A stretch of DNA of 64,000 nt from an uncultured Acidimicrobiaceae bacterium (GCA_963836935.1 CAWILM010000030.1:20148-84147); one strand, 5' to 3'. Shown: positions 29,853-40,671, counted from the stretch's first letter. The notes: a model not told the origin generated them from the sequence alone. A program made the numbers and translations.

Positions 29853-30473
29853 TCAAAGGCTCCCGGCGCGGTGACGGCTAGTTGCCGGACCGCCGATGCT
29901 CAGAGCTTCGAGCAACTCCCGTTCCTTGTGGCTCAACAGCCTGTCGATTTCCGCGATCTGCTCGTGGGTCAGGCTCTCCAACTCCTTTTCCGCCCGCTCG
30001 AGGTCGTCCGAGGAGATGTCACCGTCCCGCTCCAGGGCTTCGAGGTCGTGGCGGGTCGACCGGCGGACGTTGCGCACCGCGACGCGTCCCTCCTCGGCGC
30101 GATGCTTGACGACCTTCACGAACTCCTTGCGCCGCTCTTCGTTGAGCTCGGGGAACACGAGCCTGAACACCTGGCCGTCGTTGGACGGGTTGATACCCAG
30201 GTCGGAGCTGATCAGCGCTCTCTCGACGGCCTTCATGGCGCCCTTGTCGTAGGGGTTGACCACGAGCACGCGGGGCTCGGGGACGCTGAACCCCGCTATC
30301 TGCTGCAAGGGGACCTCGCTGCCGTAGTAGTCCACCTTGAGCTTCTCGACGAGAGCCGGTGAGGCGCGTCCGGTGCGGACCATGGCGAAGTCGGCCTTGG
30401 TGTGTTCGACCACCTTGTGCATGCGTTCGGTGGTGTCGGAGAGCGCGGCTTCAATGAGCGAGTCGTCGGTCAC
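29853..30473 (-). CDS. frr: ribosome recycling factor
   Basis: Full-length Frr similarity ([20 protein letters not shown]..., NPYDK, RNVRR). There are ~20 extra C-terminal residues after ...KERELLE. The GTG start overlaps the pyrH stop (GTGA). Confidence 0.92.
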   Translation of the reverse strand: MTDDSLIEAALSDTTERMHKVVEHTKADFAMVRTGRASPALVEKLKVDYYGSEVPLQQIAGFSVPEPRVLVVNPYDKGAMKAVERALISSDLGINPSNDGQVFRLVFPELNEERRKEFVKVVKHRAEEGRVAVRNVRRSTRHDLEALERDGDISSDDLERAEKELESLTHEQIAEIDRLLSHKERELLEALSIGGPATSRHRAGSL

Positions 30474-31225
30474 CTGATCAGCGTACCTATCCGCTCGCCC
30501 ACGAGGGCTGCTCGAATGTTGCCCTCCTGCATCAGGTCGAACACGAGGATCGGGATCCCGTTGTCCCGGCAGAAAGTGACCGCGGTGTGGTCCATGACGC
30601 GCAAGTCCCTCGACACGACCTCCAGGAACCCGATCTCCTCGTAGCGGGTCGCATTCGGCTCCGCGCGGGGATCAGCGCTGTAGACGCCGTCCACGCCGGA
30701 ATGGGTTCCCTTCAAGATGGCGTCGGCCTCGATTTCGGCGGCCCGCAACGCGGCGGGAGTGTCCGTTGTGAAGTATGGGTTTCCCATCCCTGCCGCGAAG
30801 ATGACGACGCGACCCTTCTCGAGGTGCCTGATCGCGCGACGCCGGATGTAGGGCTCGCAGACCTCCGCCATGTGAATGGCGGACAGCACCCGGGTCGGGC
30901 AGCCGACGCGCTCGAGCGCGTCCTGCAGCGCAAGAGCGTTGATGACCGTGCCGAGCATGCCCATGATGTCCGAGGTCGCCCTGTCCATGCCTTGGCCGGC
31001 ACCGGTCGTGCCTCGCCAGATGTTGCCGCCACCGACGACGATCGCGATCTGGGTGTCCAGCTCGCTCTGGGCGGCGCCGATCTCCTGGGCGAGGCGCCCC
31101 ACGGTCGACGCATCGATGGTCTCGTCGGACAACGAGCTCGCCAGGGCCTCTCCGGAAAGCTTCAGCACGACCCGGTGCCACCGGGGCCGGGCTCCTCCGG
31201 CTTGGTCGAGGGCCACTTCGGTCAC
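30470..31225 (-). CDS. pyrH: UMP kinase
   Basis: [20 protein letters not shown] and [10 protein letters not shown] motifs. The long ORF-track N-terminus overlaps tsf, so I placed the start at GTG 31225 (31216 is an alternative). Confidence 0.9.
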   Translation of the reverse strand: MTEVALDQAGGARPRWHRVVLKLSGEALASSLSDETIDASTVGRLAQEIGAAQSELDTQIAIVVGGGNIWRGTTGAGQGMDRATSDIMGMLGTVINALALQDALERVGCPTRVLSAIHMAEVCEPYIRRRAIRHLEKGRVVIFAAGMGNPYFTTDTPAALRAAEIEADAILKGTHSGVDGVYSADPRAEPNATRYEEIGFLEVVSRDLRVMDHTAVTFCRDNGIPILVFDLMQEGNIRAALVGERIGTLIR

Positions 31226-31244
31226 CAGTTCCGCGCGGACCCGC

Positions 31245-32057
31245 TCACGAGCCGACAACGGCCTGAGCAAAACGCAGCAGCTGGGCGGCGCCGAGAAGCT
31301 GCCCGATCGAGTACTGCTCGTCGCGCACGAACGGCTGGTCGAGCAGGACGCGCTCTTTGTACCAGCCCTGGAGTCGGCCTTCGACGATCCTGTCGAGCGC
31401 CGCTTCGGGCTTGCCCTCGTTGCGCGCGATCGCCGCCGCGGTCTGGCGGACATCCTCGATCTGCTCGGCAGGCACGTCCTCGCGCCGCAGGTACTCGGGG
31501 CGGGCGAAGGCGATGTGGAGGGCGATGTCGTGCGCGAGCGATTCTGGTCCCCCGACCAACTCCACGAGCACGGCGTTCACGCCGCGGCCGTTCTGCAGGT
31601 GCAGGTAACTGCCGATGATCGCTGCGTCTGGAGCTTCGAAGCGGACCGTCTGGCCAAGGGCGATGTTCTCCTTCGAGACGAGGGTGAGGTCCTCGATTCG
31701 TCCGGCAAACTGTGCGAGCGCGTCGTCGCCCTTCAAGGCGAGCTCGTTCGCGATCTCCTCCACGAGCGATACGAACTCGGGCGACTTCGCGACGAAGTCG
31801 GTCTCGCACTCGAGCATGGCGATCGCCGCAACCGGCTTGTGATCGCCGTGCACCACCACCGCGACCGCTCCCTCGGTGCGCTCGCGGTGCTGACGCTTGG
31901 CGGCGTTGATGATGCCCTTCTCGCGCAGGAGGCGCTCCGCCTCCTCCAGGTCGCCGCCGGTCTCCTCGAGCGCACGCCGGCAGTCCAGGATCCCGGCACT
32001 CGTCTTCTTGCGGAGCGCCTGCACCTCCTTGGCGGTGATTGCTGCCATCTGTTTCAA
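31245..32057 (-). CDS. tsf: translation elongation factor Ts
   Basis: [37 protein letters not shown]... is the canonical EF-Ts UBA-like N-terminus. 270 aa. Confidence 0.93.
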   Translation of the reverse strand: MKQMAAITAKEVQALRKKTSAGILDCRRALEETGGDLEEAERLLREKGIINAAKRQHRERTEGAVAVVVHGDHKPVAAIAMLECETDFVAKSPEFVSLVEEIANELALKGDDALAQFAGRIEDLTLVSKENIALGQTVRFEAPDAAIIGSYLHLQNGRGVNAVLVELVGGPESLAHDIALHIAFARPEYLRREDVPAEQIEDVRQTAAAIARNEGKPEAALDRIVEGRLQGWYKERVLLDQPFVRDEQYSIGQLLGAAQLLRFAQAVVGS

Positions 32058-32162
32058 CCCTCCGTAACGTGCTCGCTGTCCGGGGCGGGCGTGTCCTGTT
32101 CCGCCTGCTCTTGTGCGATCTCGCCGCTCGGCTCGGCTCGGCTCGCCCCAGCCGGGGTCTCC

Positions 32163-33065
32163 TCACCGTCTGCGCGTGGCTCCGGTTCCGCCGCCTGTTC
32201 GGGGACCGGGAGCTCGATCCACCAAAGGGGCCTGCGCGGCCGCCGGCTCGGCGGGAGCCGCCTTCGCGTGTCCGACCGCGGAAGAAGCCGCAGGTTCGCC
32301 CACGGCGGGCGCGGGCGCCGGCGCCATTGGCTCGGGCGTCGCGCGACGGGCCTTGGTGGCAGCGTCCGCCGCCCGACGCGACGCGATGAACTTGCCTTCG
32401 ACGACGGCGTCGGCGATGACTCTGCACATGAGCCGGCCCGCCCGAATCGCATCGTCGTTGCCGGGGATCACGTAGTCGATGACGTCCGGGTCACAGTTGG
32501 TGTCGACGACGGCCACGACCGGGAGGTGCAACTTGTTCGCCTCGGTGACGGCAATGTGCTCCTTCTTCGTGTCGATCACGAAGATCGCGTCCGGCGGCCG
32601 GTCCAGCCGCCGCAGGCCGCCGAGGTTCCGGTCGAGCTTCTCCAGCTCGCGCTCGTGGGAGAGCGCCTCCTTCTTGGGCATGGCGGAGAAGTCGCCGGCC
32701 GCGCGCGCCGCCTCGAGCTCCTGGAGCTTGCGGACCCGGCCCGCAACCGTCTGGAAGTTGGTCAGCATGCCCCCGAGCCAGCGCTGGTTCACATAAGGCA
32801 TGCCGCAAGCCACCGCGAACTCCGCCACGGGGTCCTGCGTCTGCTTCTTCGTGCCGACGAAGAGGATCACACCACCACCGGCGACGAGATCCCTCACGTA
32901 GGAGTAGGCGGCGTCCACCCGCTCCAGGGTCTGGTTGAGATCGATGATGTAGATGCCGTTGCGCTCGCCGAAGATGAAGCGCTTCATCTTCGGGTTCCAA
33001 CGACGGGTCTGGTGGCCGAAATGCATGCCCGCTTCGAGCAGTTGCTTCATCGTGACGACAGCCAC
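32163..33065 (-). CDS. rpsB: 30S ribosomal protein S2 (with Ala/Pro-rich C-terminal tail)
   Basis: [27 protein letters not shown]... is the canonical S2 sequence. The tail beyond ~250 aa is low complexity. Confidence 0.93.
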   Translation of the reverse strand: MAVVTMKQLLEAGMHFGHQTRRWNPKMKRFIFGERNGIYIIDLNQTLERVDAAYSYVRDLVAGGGVILFVGTKKQTQDPVAEFAVACGMPYVNQRWLGGMLTNFQTVAGRVRKLQELEAARAAGDFSAMPKKEALSHERELEKLDRNLGGLRRLDRPPDAIFVIDTKKEHIAVTEANKLHLPVVAVVDTNCDPDVIDYVIPGNDDAIRAGRLMCRVIADAVVEGKFIASRRAADAATKARRATPEPMAPAPAPAVGEPAASSAVGHAKAAPAEPAAAQAPLVDRAPGPRTGGGTGATRRR

Positions 33066-33140
33066 GCGGTTCTCCTCCCGACGGTTGAGTCAGTCCCGGC
33101 ACCGCGCCCCGAAGGACGACCGTGGGCATGCCAGGACGTA

Positions 33141-33166
33141 CTTTGAAAGAGGCCCGGTCGGGCCTC
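33141..33166 (-). terminator. rho-independent-like terminator downstream of the sigma factor gene
   Basis: On the minus strand, the GAGGCCCG-AC-CGGGCCTC stem-loop (33149-33166) is followed directly by TTTCAAAG. It lies between the corrected sigma stop (33229) and the rpsB start (33065). Confidence 0.5.
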
Positions 33167-33228
33167 GCTGCCATCGTAGCTGGTCAGCCCAAGGCCTTCC
33201 GCACCGGGCCGGCATCGGGCGCGGGGCG

Positions 33229-34009
33229 TCAGGTCAGCTCGTCGCGCAACCGCTGCCTCAGGTGGAGCACCGCCTTGGTGTGGATCTGGCACGCGCTGGC
33301 TCTCGGTCACACCCAGGATCTCGCCGATCTCGGCGAGGTTCAGACCCTCGTAGTAGTACAGCGTGAGCACCTTGCGCTCGCGGTCGTCCAGTCTTTGGAT
33401 CGCCTTCGCGAGCTGTCGCCGGGTCTCCTCAAGCTCGATGGTCGCACCGGGAGCATCTCCTTGGTCCTGCAGGGTGTCGCCGAGCGTCTGGCCACCGCTG
33501 CCCCCCTGGCGGAACAGGACGTCGTCGAGCTGCAGCAGCCCGGCGCGAGAGGTCTGGCGGAGGATGTCGTCGAGGTCGCTCGTCGTCATGTCGAGCTCGT
33601 CGGCAAGCTCGTGATCGGTCGGTGAACGACCGAGCCGGCCTTCGAGCTTGGAGAGCGCGGCATCGACGGCGCGCGCCTTCGCGTGGACCGACCGCGGCAC
33701 CCAGTCGATCGAGCGGAGCTCGTCGAGGATGGCGCCGCGCACGTGGGGCACGCCGTAGGTCTCGAACTTGATCGCCCGCGACGGGTCGAACTTCTCGATG
33801 GCGTCGATCAGCCCGAGGATGCCGTAGCTGACGAGGTCGGAGTAGTCGACATGACTCGGCATGGCGGCGGCGACACGGCCGGCGACGTACTTCACGAGCG
33901 GCGAGTAGTGCAGGATCAGCCGGTCGCGCGCGGACTGGTCCGCGGTCGCCTTGAAATCGGCCCACAGCTCGTCGACGGATTGGATGCGGTCGGTCCCGGT
34001 CTGGGTCAT
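33229..34009 (-). CDS. whiG: FliA/WhiG-family RNA polymerase sigma factor, one frame disruption as assembled
   Basis: Regions 2-4 of a group-3 sigma factor (LILHYSPLVKYVA, YGILGLIDAIEKFD, LTLYYYEGLNLAEIGEILGVTES). The region 4.2 recognition helix ...CQIHTKAVLHLRQRLRDELT+TGA is in the neighbouring frame (junction ~33295). It sits next to rpsB, as whiG does in Streptomyces (from memory). Confidence 0.78.
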
Positions 34010-34893
34010 CAGGCTCTCGGGTGAGCGCTTCGATACGCTCCGACCAGTCGATCGGTGGACACGTGGGTGTAGATCTCCGTGGTTCGCAAGCTCGCGTGAC
34101 CGAGCAGCTCCTGGACGACCCGCAGGTCCGCCCCGCCGTCGACGAGATGGGTCGCGTAGGTGTGGCGGAGCGCGTGGGGATGGGTCGGCACCGGTGAGCG
34201 GCGGTCCAGGACCCGGCGCACGTCGCGCGTGGTCATCTGCCGGCCGCGCCGGTTGAGGAAGAGCGAGCCCGGCGGAGTCGACCCGTTCGCGAGCGCGGCT
34301 CGCCCGGAGGTGACATAGCGGCCGACCGCCTCGGTAGCCGGGTGACTCATGGGCACGCGGCGCTGCTTGCCGCCCTTGCCCCAGACGGTCACCGAGCGGC
34401 TCTTCAGATCGACATCGCCCAAGGCGAGCCCGCAGAGCTCCGCGACTCGCAGACCACTGCCGTAGAGGAGCTCGAGCAGGGCGTCGTCGCGCCTGTCGAC
34501 CGAAGCAGGCAGCTTGGCTCGCGATGGATCCGGCCCGGGCTCGAGGAGAGCCTTCAGCTCCGAAGGTGCCAGCACGCGCGGCAGGCGCGCCTCTCCCTGC
34601 GGGGCCGACAGGCGCCGGGAAGGATCGACACTGATGAGCTCATGGCGGCGCAACCACGCGAAATAACGCCGGATAGCGGCTGCTTTCCTGGCGATCGTCC
34701 TACGGGAGTACCGGCGCGTCGCAAGGTACGCCAAGTAGCGCCGCAGCATGAGGCGGTCGACCTTGCCCGGGTCCGATAATCCGGCCCGCCCCGCCCACGC
34801 CACGAACGCCTCGACGTCGCCCCGGTAAGCCCGGCGGGTCGCCGCCGCGTCCGACGCGAGCGAGCGCACAAAGTCTTCGAGCTCAAAGCCCAC
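34009..34893 (-). CDS. xerC: site-specific tyrosine recombinase XerC/XerD
   Basis: N-terminal SAM-like domain. The catalytic domain has R...HxxR...Y (HALRHTYATHL, LLGHASLRTTEIYTHV). The stop overlaps the sigma start (TGATG). Confidence 0.85.
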   Translation of the reverse strand: MGFELEDFVRSLASDAAATRRAYRGDVEAFVAWAGRAGLSDPGKVDRLMLRRYLAYLATRRYSRRTIARKAAAIRRYFAWLRRHELISVDPSRRLSAPQGEARLPRVLAPSELKALLEPGPDPSRAKLPASVDRRDDALLELLYGSGLRVAELCGLALGDVDLKSRSVTVWGKGGKQRRVPMSHPATEAVGRYVTSGRAALANGSTPPGSLFLNRRGRQMTTRDVRRVLDRRSPVPTHPHALRHTYATHLVDGGADLRVVQELLGHASLRTTEIYTHVSTDRLVGAYRSAHPRA

Positions 34894-34989
34894 AGCTCCA
34901 CGGTACCTGAGACGCGCGCGGAAAGTGCTGTTCCGTCATCAATTCGGTCCTGTCCCCCGAAGACTCAAACTTGAGCGACAATAGAGGTC

Positions 34990-35682
34990 ATGGCCCACAG
35001 AGTGCTGCTGGTGGAGGACGACGAACGGATCCGCGCTTCAATGCGTCTTTCGCTCGAGGATGAAGGCTACGAGGTCGAGGAGGCGGGCACCGGTGAAGAG
35101 GCGATTGAGCTCCAGACTCAAGCGCTCGTCTCGAATCCGTTCGATTTGCTCGTCGTCGACATCATGCTGCCCGGCATGGACGGATTCGAGTGCTGCCGTG
35201 AGCTGCGAAAAGCTAGCGCCGTACCGATAATCATGGTCACCGCCCGGACCGACACCCATGACGTCGTGGCCGGCCTCGAAGCCGGCGCCGACGACTACGT
35301 CACCAAACCCTTCGAGCCCAAGGAGCTCGCCGCCCGCATCAGAGCGTTGCTGCGACGCGCCCGCACCGGCGAACCGGGGCTCGTGCAGCTCGAGTTCGGC
35401 GATCTCGAGATCCTTCCCGAAGCCGGTGTCGTGCGACGCCACGGCGAGGAAGTCCACCTGACGCGCACCGAGTTCTTGCTGCTGTGCGAGCTCGCCTCCA
35501 ACGCGGGCAAGGTGCTCTCGCGTGAGCAGCTGCTCGAACGGGTCTGGAGTTACGACTACTTCGGGGACGGACGGCTCGTCGATGTCCATGTTCGGCGTCT
35601 GCGCACCAAGATCGAGAGTGACCCTAGTGAGCCACGCCACGTGCTCACCGTGCGTGGCCTCGGATACAAGCTCGCTCCGTAG
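34990..35682 (+). CDS. mtrA: OmpR-family response regulator MtrA
   Basis: Receiver domain (LLVEDD, DLLVVDIMLPGMDG, K in TKPF) plus a winged-helix C-terminus (VHVRRLRTKIE). Followed by mtrB and lpqB-like genes. Confidence 0.85.
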   Translation: MAHRVLLVEDDERIRASMRLSLEDEGYEVEEAGTGEEAIELQTQALVSNPFDLLVVDIMLPGMDGFECCRELRKASAVPIIMVTARTDTHDVVAGLEAGADDYVTKPFEPKELAARIRALLRRARTGEPGLVQLEFGDLEILPEAGVVRRHGEEVHLTRTEFLLLCELASNAGKVLSREQLLERVWSYDYFGDGRLVDVHVRRLRTKIESDPSEPRHVLTVRGLGYKLAP

Positions 35683-35684
35683 TC

Positions 35685-37167
35685 ATGCCGGCCGACGTTG
35701 GGGCGACAGATCGCGCTTCGCCAGCGTCCCCGGCCGTTCCGACAAGTGTCCCCAAGCCGGTCCCCCCGCACAAGAAACGCCGCCTCGGGCTGCGCGCCCG
35801 GGTGACGACTGCGTTCGCGCTGGGGGCACTCGCCCTCTCCGGCGTCCTTGCAGGTATCGGCTACCTGGCGGTCCGCAGCTCGATCGTCAACCAGCAGCTG
35901 ACCTCCATGCGGCACCAGGCCCTGGCGAACGCCGTCCTGCTGCGCGGTGAGCTGCGCGTCCCGACGGCCTACATCCCGGCGCTGATCACGACGCTCGATT
36001 CGGGCCCCGACACCGACTCGCTTATCTACAGCTCCCGACACTGGTACCCGTCAGCCGCCACCTTGTCACCGACTCAGGTGCCCGTGGCACTGAGAGGACA
36101 AGTGCTCACGGGCACGCCGGCTTGGCAGGTCGTCGCGTCCGGCGAAGCCGCGGAGCCTCATCGTCGGGGTACCGATCCACGCCCAGTCCAGCGCTCACAG
36201 CGTGAGCGCCGCCTACTTCGAGATATTCGACTTGTCGGACCTCACGAGAACCCTGCACGCCCTCCTTGGCGCACTCATGATCGCAGCCCTGATCACCACG
36301 GTGGCGGGAGCCGTGCTGGGCCGTTGGGCGGCCGCCCGCACCTTGCGGCCGTTGCGCGAGACCACCCAGGCCGCCCTTGCGATCGCGGGAGGACGCCTGG
36401 ACACACGCCTCGAGAGCGCCGACTTCGCGGACCTCGCGCCTTTCGCTTCGGCTTTCAACCAGATGGTGGACCAGCTCCAAGAACGGATCGAACGTGAGGC
36501 CCGGTTCGCCTCCGACGTCAACCATGAGCTGCGTTCCCCGCTCACGACCCTCGCCAACTCGCTCTCGGTGATGGAAGCCCGGCGCGAGGAGCTGCCACCG
36601 CGGGCGCTCCAGGCGCTCGAGTTGCTGGGGGCCGAGGTCCGAAGGTTCCGCCGCCTCGTCGACGAGTTGCTCGAGATCTCGCGCTCTGACGCCACGGCCG
36701 GGGACATATCCTGCGATGAAGTGACAGTGGGAGCACTCGTCGAGCACACCGTCCTGGCGACCGGCGCCGACGTGCCCACGCGCTTCGCGCCCGGGGTCGC
36801 GTCACAGCACATCCTCGTGGACAAGCGCCGTTTCGAACGGATCTTCGCCAACCTGTTCGAAAACGCGCAGCGCTATGCCGGAGGCGTGACGCTGCTGGCC
36901 ATCGAGGATCACGGCAACTGCGTTCGTTTCCTCGTCGAGGATGCCGGACCGGGCATCGCCCCCGAGGAACGGGACCGGATCTTCGAGCGGTTCTCACGTG
37001 GCTCCAGCGGCCGGCGCCGCGGCCTTGGCGACGGCACCGGCCTCGGGCTGGCGATCGTCGCGCAGCACGTGAAACAACATGGTGGCCGGGTCTGGGTCGA
37101 GGACCGGGCCGGAGGGGGCTCGCGTTTCGTGGTCGAGCTCCCGGCTTGGAGCGAGGTCATGGCATGA
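35685..37167 (+). CDS. mtrB: sensor histidine kinase MtrB, one frame disruption as assembled
   Basis: An N-terminal TM helix and periplasmic domain are in the 35685 frame. The second TM, HAMP, H-box (HELRSPLTT) and ATPase domain (GTGLGLAIV) are in the 36202..37167 frame. The junction ...AAEP|LIVGVPIHAQ... is near 36157. Confidence 0.8.
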
Positions 37168-37751
37168 GACTCCGCAGGCTCGTCGCGTCAGGGTGCCTGG
37201 CATTGGTCGTGACAGCCGTTGCGGGTTGCGGGCTCCCCATCAACAGCTCCCCCCAGGCGATGCCCGCCGACGAGATGCCCCTCGCCCTGAGCGAGCCGAA
37301 TGCCACTGTCCCGAGCGTCTCGAGGATCCTCGGCTCCATACCCGAAGAGATCTACCTTCTCGGACCTGACGCCCAGCTGGTGGCGCGAATCCGCTACCTG
37401 CGCCCGCCACCTACTCCCCAAGAAATGCTCGACGCCCTCGAGGCGGGGCCGTCGCCGACGGAATTGGACCAGGGGATCCAAAGCGCCATCCCATCCTCGG
37501 CCAACCTCGTCGCAGGCGCCCCCATGGGGGGCAACCTGACGGTGGTGCTCGACTCCAGTTTCGGGTCTCCGCGACCCGGTCAAGCCACCTACGAGTTCGC
37601 GCAGATCGTCTACACCGTGACGTCTCTCCCGCAGGTCCACGGCGTGTTGTTCGAGTACGGCGGCGCCATCATCTTGCCGGTTATCGGCAATGGATCTTTC
37701 GCGACAAGCTTTGTCGTGTCCCGGTCCGACTACGCGCAACTCGTCCCGTGA
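37164..37751 (+). CDS. lpqB: LpqB-like lipoprotein reduced to a GerMN domain
   Basis: MRLRRLVASGCLALVVTAVAGC signal/lipobox. The remainder resembles a GerMN domain (LDALEAGPSPTELDQGIQSAIP..., LTVVLDSSF, AQIVYTVTSLPQVHGVLFEYGG). The start overlaps the mtrB stop (ATGA). Confidence 0.6.
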   Translation: MRLRRLVASGCLALVVTAVAGCGLPINSSPQAMPADEMPLALSEPNATVPSVSRILGSIPEEIYLLGPDAQLVARIRYLRPPPTPQEMLDALEAGPSPTELDQGIQSAIPSSANLVAGAPMGGNLTVVLDSSFGSPRPGQATYEFAQIVYTVTSLPQVHGVLFEYGGAIILPVIGNGSFATSFVVSRSDYAQLVP

Positions 37752-37872
37752 CACGAGCGCGCCCCGCGCGTCCCCGCTCGCGACGATTTCATCGCGCCGC
37801 GGAACCGAACGGCCCGGATCATCCGGGACCCTCGGCCGGCGGCTTCGGAGTCTCGGACGCGACATGACGCGA

Positions 37873-38379
37873 TCAAGCAGGATGTCGACCTCTGCCACTG
37901 GTCCGGCAACGCCGCAAGCCCTTTTCGGCCCCCAAGACGGGCGGACGGCTCCACCGTCCGACCGGCACCGGCCACGGGCGTTCCCGAAGGTTCGGGGAGA
38001 ACCTTAGGTCTCGACCCCGACGCGAACGAGCCTTCGGGCCGGGTTGGTCCACGCGCGGTGCATCGGACCAGAGCCGCTCCAGGTCGTAGTAACGCCTCGC
38101 CTCGTCCAAGAACACGTGCACCACGAAGCCTCCGTAGTCCAACAACACCCAGCGGGCGTCGTCCAGGCCCTCTACGTAGCGGGGCGAGCCGCCTCCCTGT
38201 GCCTTGACGCGCAGCTCGATCTCCTCGGCGATCGTGCGGACCTGGCGCACGTTGCTCCCGCTCGTGATGACGAAATGGTCTGTGATGCCAAGCAGGTCAC
38301 CGACGTCGAGCACGACGGTCGGATCAAGTGTCTTGGACGAAGCGGCGTCAGCCGCGACGAACACGAAGTCGGCGCGCAA
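37873..38379 (-). CDS. rsfS: ribosome silencing factor RsfS (both ends uncertain)
   Basis: Core DPTVVLDVGDLLGITDHFVITSGSNVRQVRTIAEEIE...RWVLLDYGGFVVHVF....R.YYDLERLW. The only in-frame start near the core is TTG 38379. The ORF continues ~55 aa beyond the usual end. Confidence 0.65.
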   Translation of the reverse strand: MRADFVFVAADAASSKTLDPTVVLDVGDLLGITDHFVITSGSNVRQVRTIAEEIELRVKAQGGGSPRYVEGLDDARWVLLDYGGFVVHVFLDEARRYYDLERLWSDAPRVDQPGPKARSRRGRDLRFSPNLRERPWPVPVGRWSRPPVLGAEKGLRRCRTSGRGRHPA

Positions 38380-38485
38380 CGCTACCGGACGGCCCTTTGC
38401 TCGAGCCGACCGAAGCGGACCGGTCCTGCACGTCGCACAGGACCGGACGCATCTGTCGGTGCGAACCGGAACGTCCCGTGGCGAC

Positions 38486-39097
38486 TCATCTGGGAACAGG
38501 GTACAGGCCGCGTTGGCGGACGACGCGGATGGCTGGCATGGGAACGAGGAAATCCAGGGGGCGCCCCGTGGCAACTCGGTCGCGCAGGTCGGTGCTCGAT
38601 ATCTCCAGTGCCGGCACGTCGACCATGCGGACGTCCCAGCCTTCCAAAGGGCTGTCCGGTCCCGAGGCGTCGATCGTCGTGCCGGGCCGGTTGACCACCA
38701 CCAGGACGACCTTAGACCGAACCTCGTCGATCCGCTCCCAGCCCCCGAGCCCCACGGCAGCATCGGCGCCGACGATCAGGTTGAGCTCGGTGCCGGGCCA
38801 CCGCGCCTTAAGTTCGGCGACCGTATCGGCGGTGTAGGACGGACCGCCGCGCTCGATCTCCATGCCACTCGCCTCGAGGCCTTCGACGCCTTCGACAGCA
38901 GCCTCCACCAGTGCCAAGCGGTCGGCGGCAGGCGTGACAGGGCGGTTGCCCACCTTCTGCCAGGGCTCGTTCGCCACGACGAGCAGGACCCGGTCGAGGT
39001 CGAGCTCATGTCTGGCGTTCACGGCCGCCACGAGGTGACCGACGTGTACGGGGTCAAAGGTCCCCCCGAGAATGCCGAGTCGCCTGAGCCCGCCCAC
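38486..39097 (-). CDS. nadD: nicotinate-nucleotide adenylyltransferase
   Basis: GILGGTFDPVHVGH (HxGH motif) and ISSTDLR. 203 aa, GTG start. Confidence 0.88.
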   Translation of the reverse strand: MGGLRRLGILGGTFDPVHVGHLVAAVNARHELDLDRVLLVVANEPWQKVGNRPVTPAADRLALVEAAVEGVEGLEASGMEIERGGPSYTADTVAELKARWPGTELNLIVGADAAVGLGGWERIDEVRSKVVLVVVNRPGTTIDASGPDSPLEGWDVRMVDVPALEISSTDLRDRVATGRPLDFLVPMPAIRVVRQRGLYPVPR

Positions 39098-39232
39098 GAA
39101 CGAAGCGTAGCGACCGCTCGGAGCCGTCCCGGGCTGCTGTCAGTCCGCGAGCTCGCCGCTGCCTACTCTGGTGAGGTGGCGAGCACATCGGATTCTGTGC
39201 AACAGGGGCTCTTCGGCGACGCCGTCCCGGCA

Positions 39233-40591
39233 ATGCCGGTACCGACGCCCCAAGCGGGATGGCACCCGACCTCGTGGCACACACGCCCCGCCGCCCAGCA
39301 GCCGCCCTGGCCGGACCGCGCGGCCCATGCGGAGGTCCTCGCCCAGCTCGCGAAGCTGCCACCGCTCGTGTTCGCCGGTGAGGCGCGTCGGCTCACCCGT
39401 GCTCTCGGAGAGGTCGCCGCCGGCAAGGCGTTCCTCCTCCAGGCCGGCGACTGCGCCGAGTCCTTCGACGACTTCTCGGCCGACTCGATACGCGACAAGC
39501 TGAAGGTCATCTTGCAGATGGCGGTCGTGCTCACCTACGGCTCGGGCGTGCCGGTCGTGAAAGTGGGGCGCATCGCCGGACAGTTCGCCAAGCCACGCTC
39601 CTCGGCGACCGAGCTCGTCGGCGGAGTCGAGCTGCCCGCGTTCCGGGGCCACATCATCAACGGCGACACGCCGAGCGCGTCGGCGCGGACGCCCGACCCC
39701 CGGCGTATGCTCGCCGCCTACCACCAGTCGGCCTCCACCCTGAACCTGCTGCGTGCCTTCACCAAGGGCGGCTTCGCCGACCTGTCGCAGGTACATCTGT
39801 GGAACCTCGAGTTCCTCGCGACGAGTGCCGAGGGACAGCGCTTCGAGGCGATTGCGGAGGAGATCGACAGAGCGCTCCGGTTCATGAACGCCTGCGGCGT
39901 CGATCTCTCGGTCGACTCGCCCATACACCAGGTCGACCTTTTCACGAGCCACGAGGCACTGCTGCTCGAGTACGAGGAGGCGCTCACCCGCAGGGACTCG
40001 CTCACCGGCGGCTGGTACGACTGCTCCGCCCATCTCGTCTGGATCGGGGAGCGCACGCGCGCCATCGACGGGGCTCATGTCGAGTTCGCGTCGGGAATCG
40101 GGAACCCGGTCGAAGTCAAGCTCGGGCCGAGCGCGACCCCGCCGGAGGCGGTAGCGCTCTGCGAGCGGCTGAACCCGGACCGCGTGCCGGGCAGGCTCAC
40201 CTTCGTGACCCGGATGGGTGTCGACAAGGTCAAGCGCGCCCTTCCGCCCCTTATTCGCGCCGTCAGGACCGCCGGCCACCCGGTGGCCTGGGCGTGCGAC
40301 CCGATGCACGGCAACACCTTCGCCAGCGAGTCCGGCCACAAGACACGTCACTTCGATGACGTGCTCGGGGAGATCCAAGGGTTCTTCGCGGTTCACAAGG
40401 CCGAGGGGACCTGGCCGGGCGGGGTGCACATCGAGTTGACCGGTGACGACGTCACGGAGTGCCTGGGCGGGATCGAGCACATCCGCGAGGCCCAGTTGCC
40501 CTTGCGGTACACGACCACCTGCGACCCGCGCCTGAACGCCCGGCAGTCCACCGACCTCGCCTTTCGCGTGGCCGAGCTCCTGCGCGGATGA
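39233..40591 (+). CDS. aroG: class II 3-deoxy-7-phosphoheptulonate (DAHP) synthase
   Basis: AAQQPPWPD near the N-terminus, FLLQAGDCAESF, and KPRSS...; these are class II DAHPS blocks throughout. The ORF-track start (38204) is antisense read-through, so I chose ATG 39233. Confidence 0.88.
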   Translation: MPVPTPQAGWHPTSWHTRPAAQQPPWPDRAAHAEVLAQLAKLPPLVFAGEARRLTRALGEVAAGKAFLLQAGDCAESFDDFSADSIRDKLKVILQMAVVLTYGSGVPVVKVGRIAGQFAKPRSSATELVGGVELPAFRGHIINGDTPSASARTPDPRRMLAAYHQSASTLNLLRAFTKGGFADLSQVHLWNLEFLATSAEGQRFEAIAEEIDRALRFMNACGVDLSVDSPIHQVDLFTSHEALLLEYEEALTRRDSLTGGWYDCSAHLVWIGERTRAIDGAHVEFASGIGNPVEVKLGPSATPPEAVALCERLNPDRVPGRLTFVTRMGVDKVKRALPPLIRAVRTAGHPVAWACDPMHGNTFASESGHKTRHFDDVLGEIQGFFAVHKAEGTWPGGVHIELTGDDVTECLGGIEHIREAQLPLRYTTTCDPRLNARQSTDLAFRVAELLRG

Positions 40592-40641
40592 GGCCCTGCC
40601 CTGGTAGCAGTGGTGTCAACGATGAGAGAGTGACCAAAGTT

Positions 40642-40671
40642 TTGTATTTGTGACCAGGAGTGGTCTAGAAT
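40642..40671 (+). promoter_or_regulatory. candidate sigma-70-type promoter (TTGTAT-N18-TAGAAT) in an AT-rich island
   Basis: -35-like ttgtat (40642-40647), an 18-nt spacer, and -10-like tagaat (40666-40671). The -10 lies inside the inverted repeat GAGTGG-N8-CCACTC (40658-40677). It is ~120 nt upstream of ATG 40790, which has a GAGGTG Shine-Dalgarno at 40781-40786. Confidence 0.35.

Noticed and set aside
30876-33146. 756-aa plus-strand ORF across pyrH, tsf and rpsB. Similar long shadow ORFs occur at 6541-7737(-), 16153-17694(-), 28643-29848(-), 39140-40480(-), 43459-45573(+) and 61727-63000(+).
   Set aside because: All are antisense or out-of-frame to genes with unambiguous family signatures. 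All have low-complexity R/G/A/P composition.
34009-34893. Tyrosine recombinase, considered as a marker of an integrated mobile element
   Set aside because: It has XerC/XerD-type sequence in the conserved rpsB-tsf neighbourhood and is translationally coupled to the sigma factor. There is no flanking direct repeat, tRNA, phage or transposase gene.
37752-38040. Several small palindromes between convergent lpqB and rsfS (cccggat-c-atccggg at 37813-37827; cggacgg-ctcca-ccgtccg at 37942-37960; ccgaaggttcgg near 37984), considered as terminators
   Set aside because: The stems are short, and there are no U-tracts on either strand. As assembled, the region is still inside the extended rsfS ORF. It is too weak to call as a feature.
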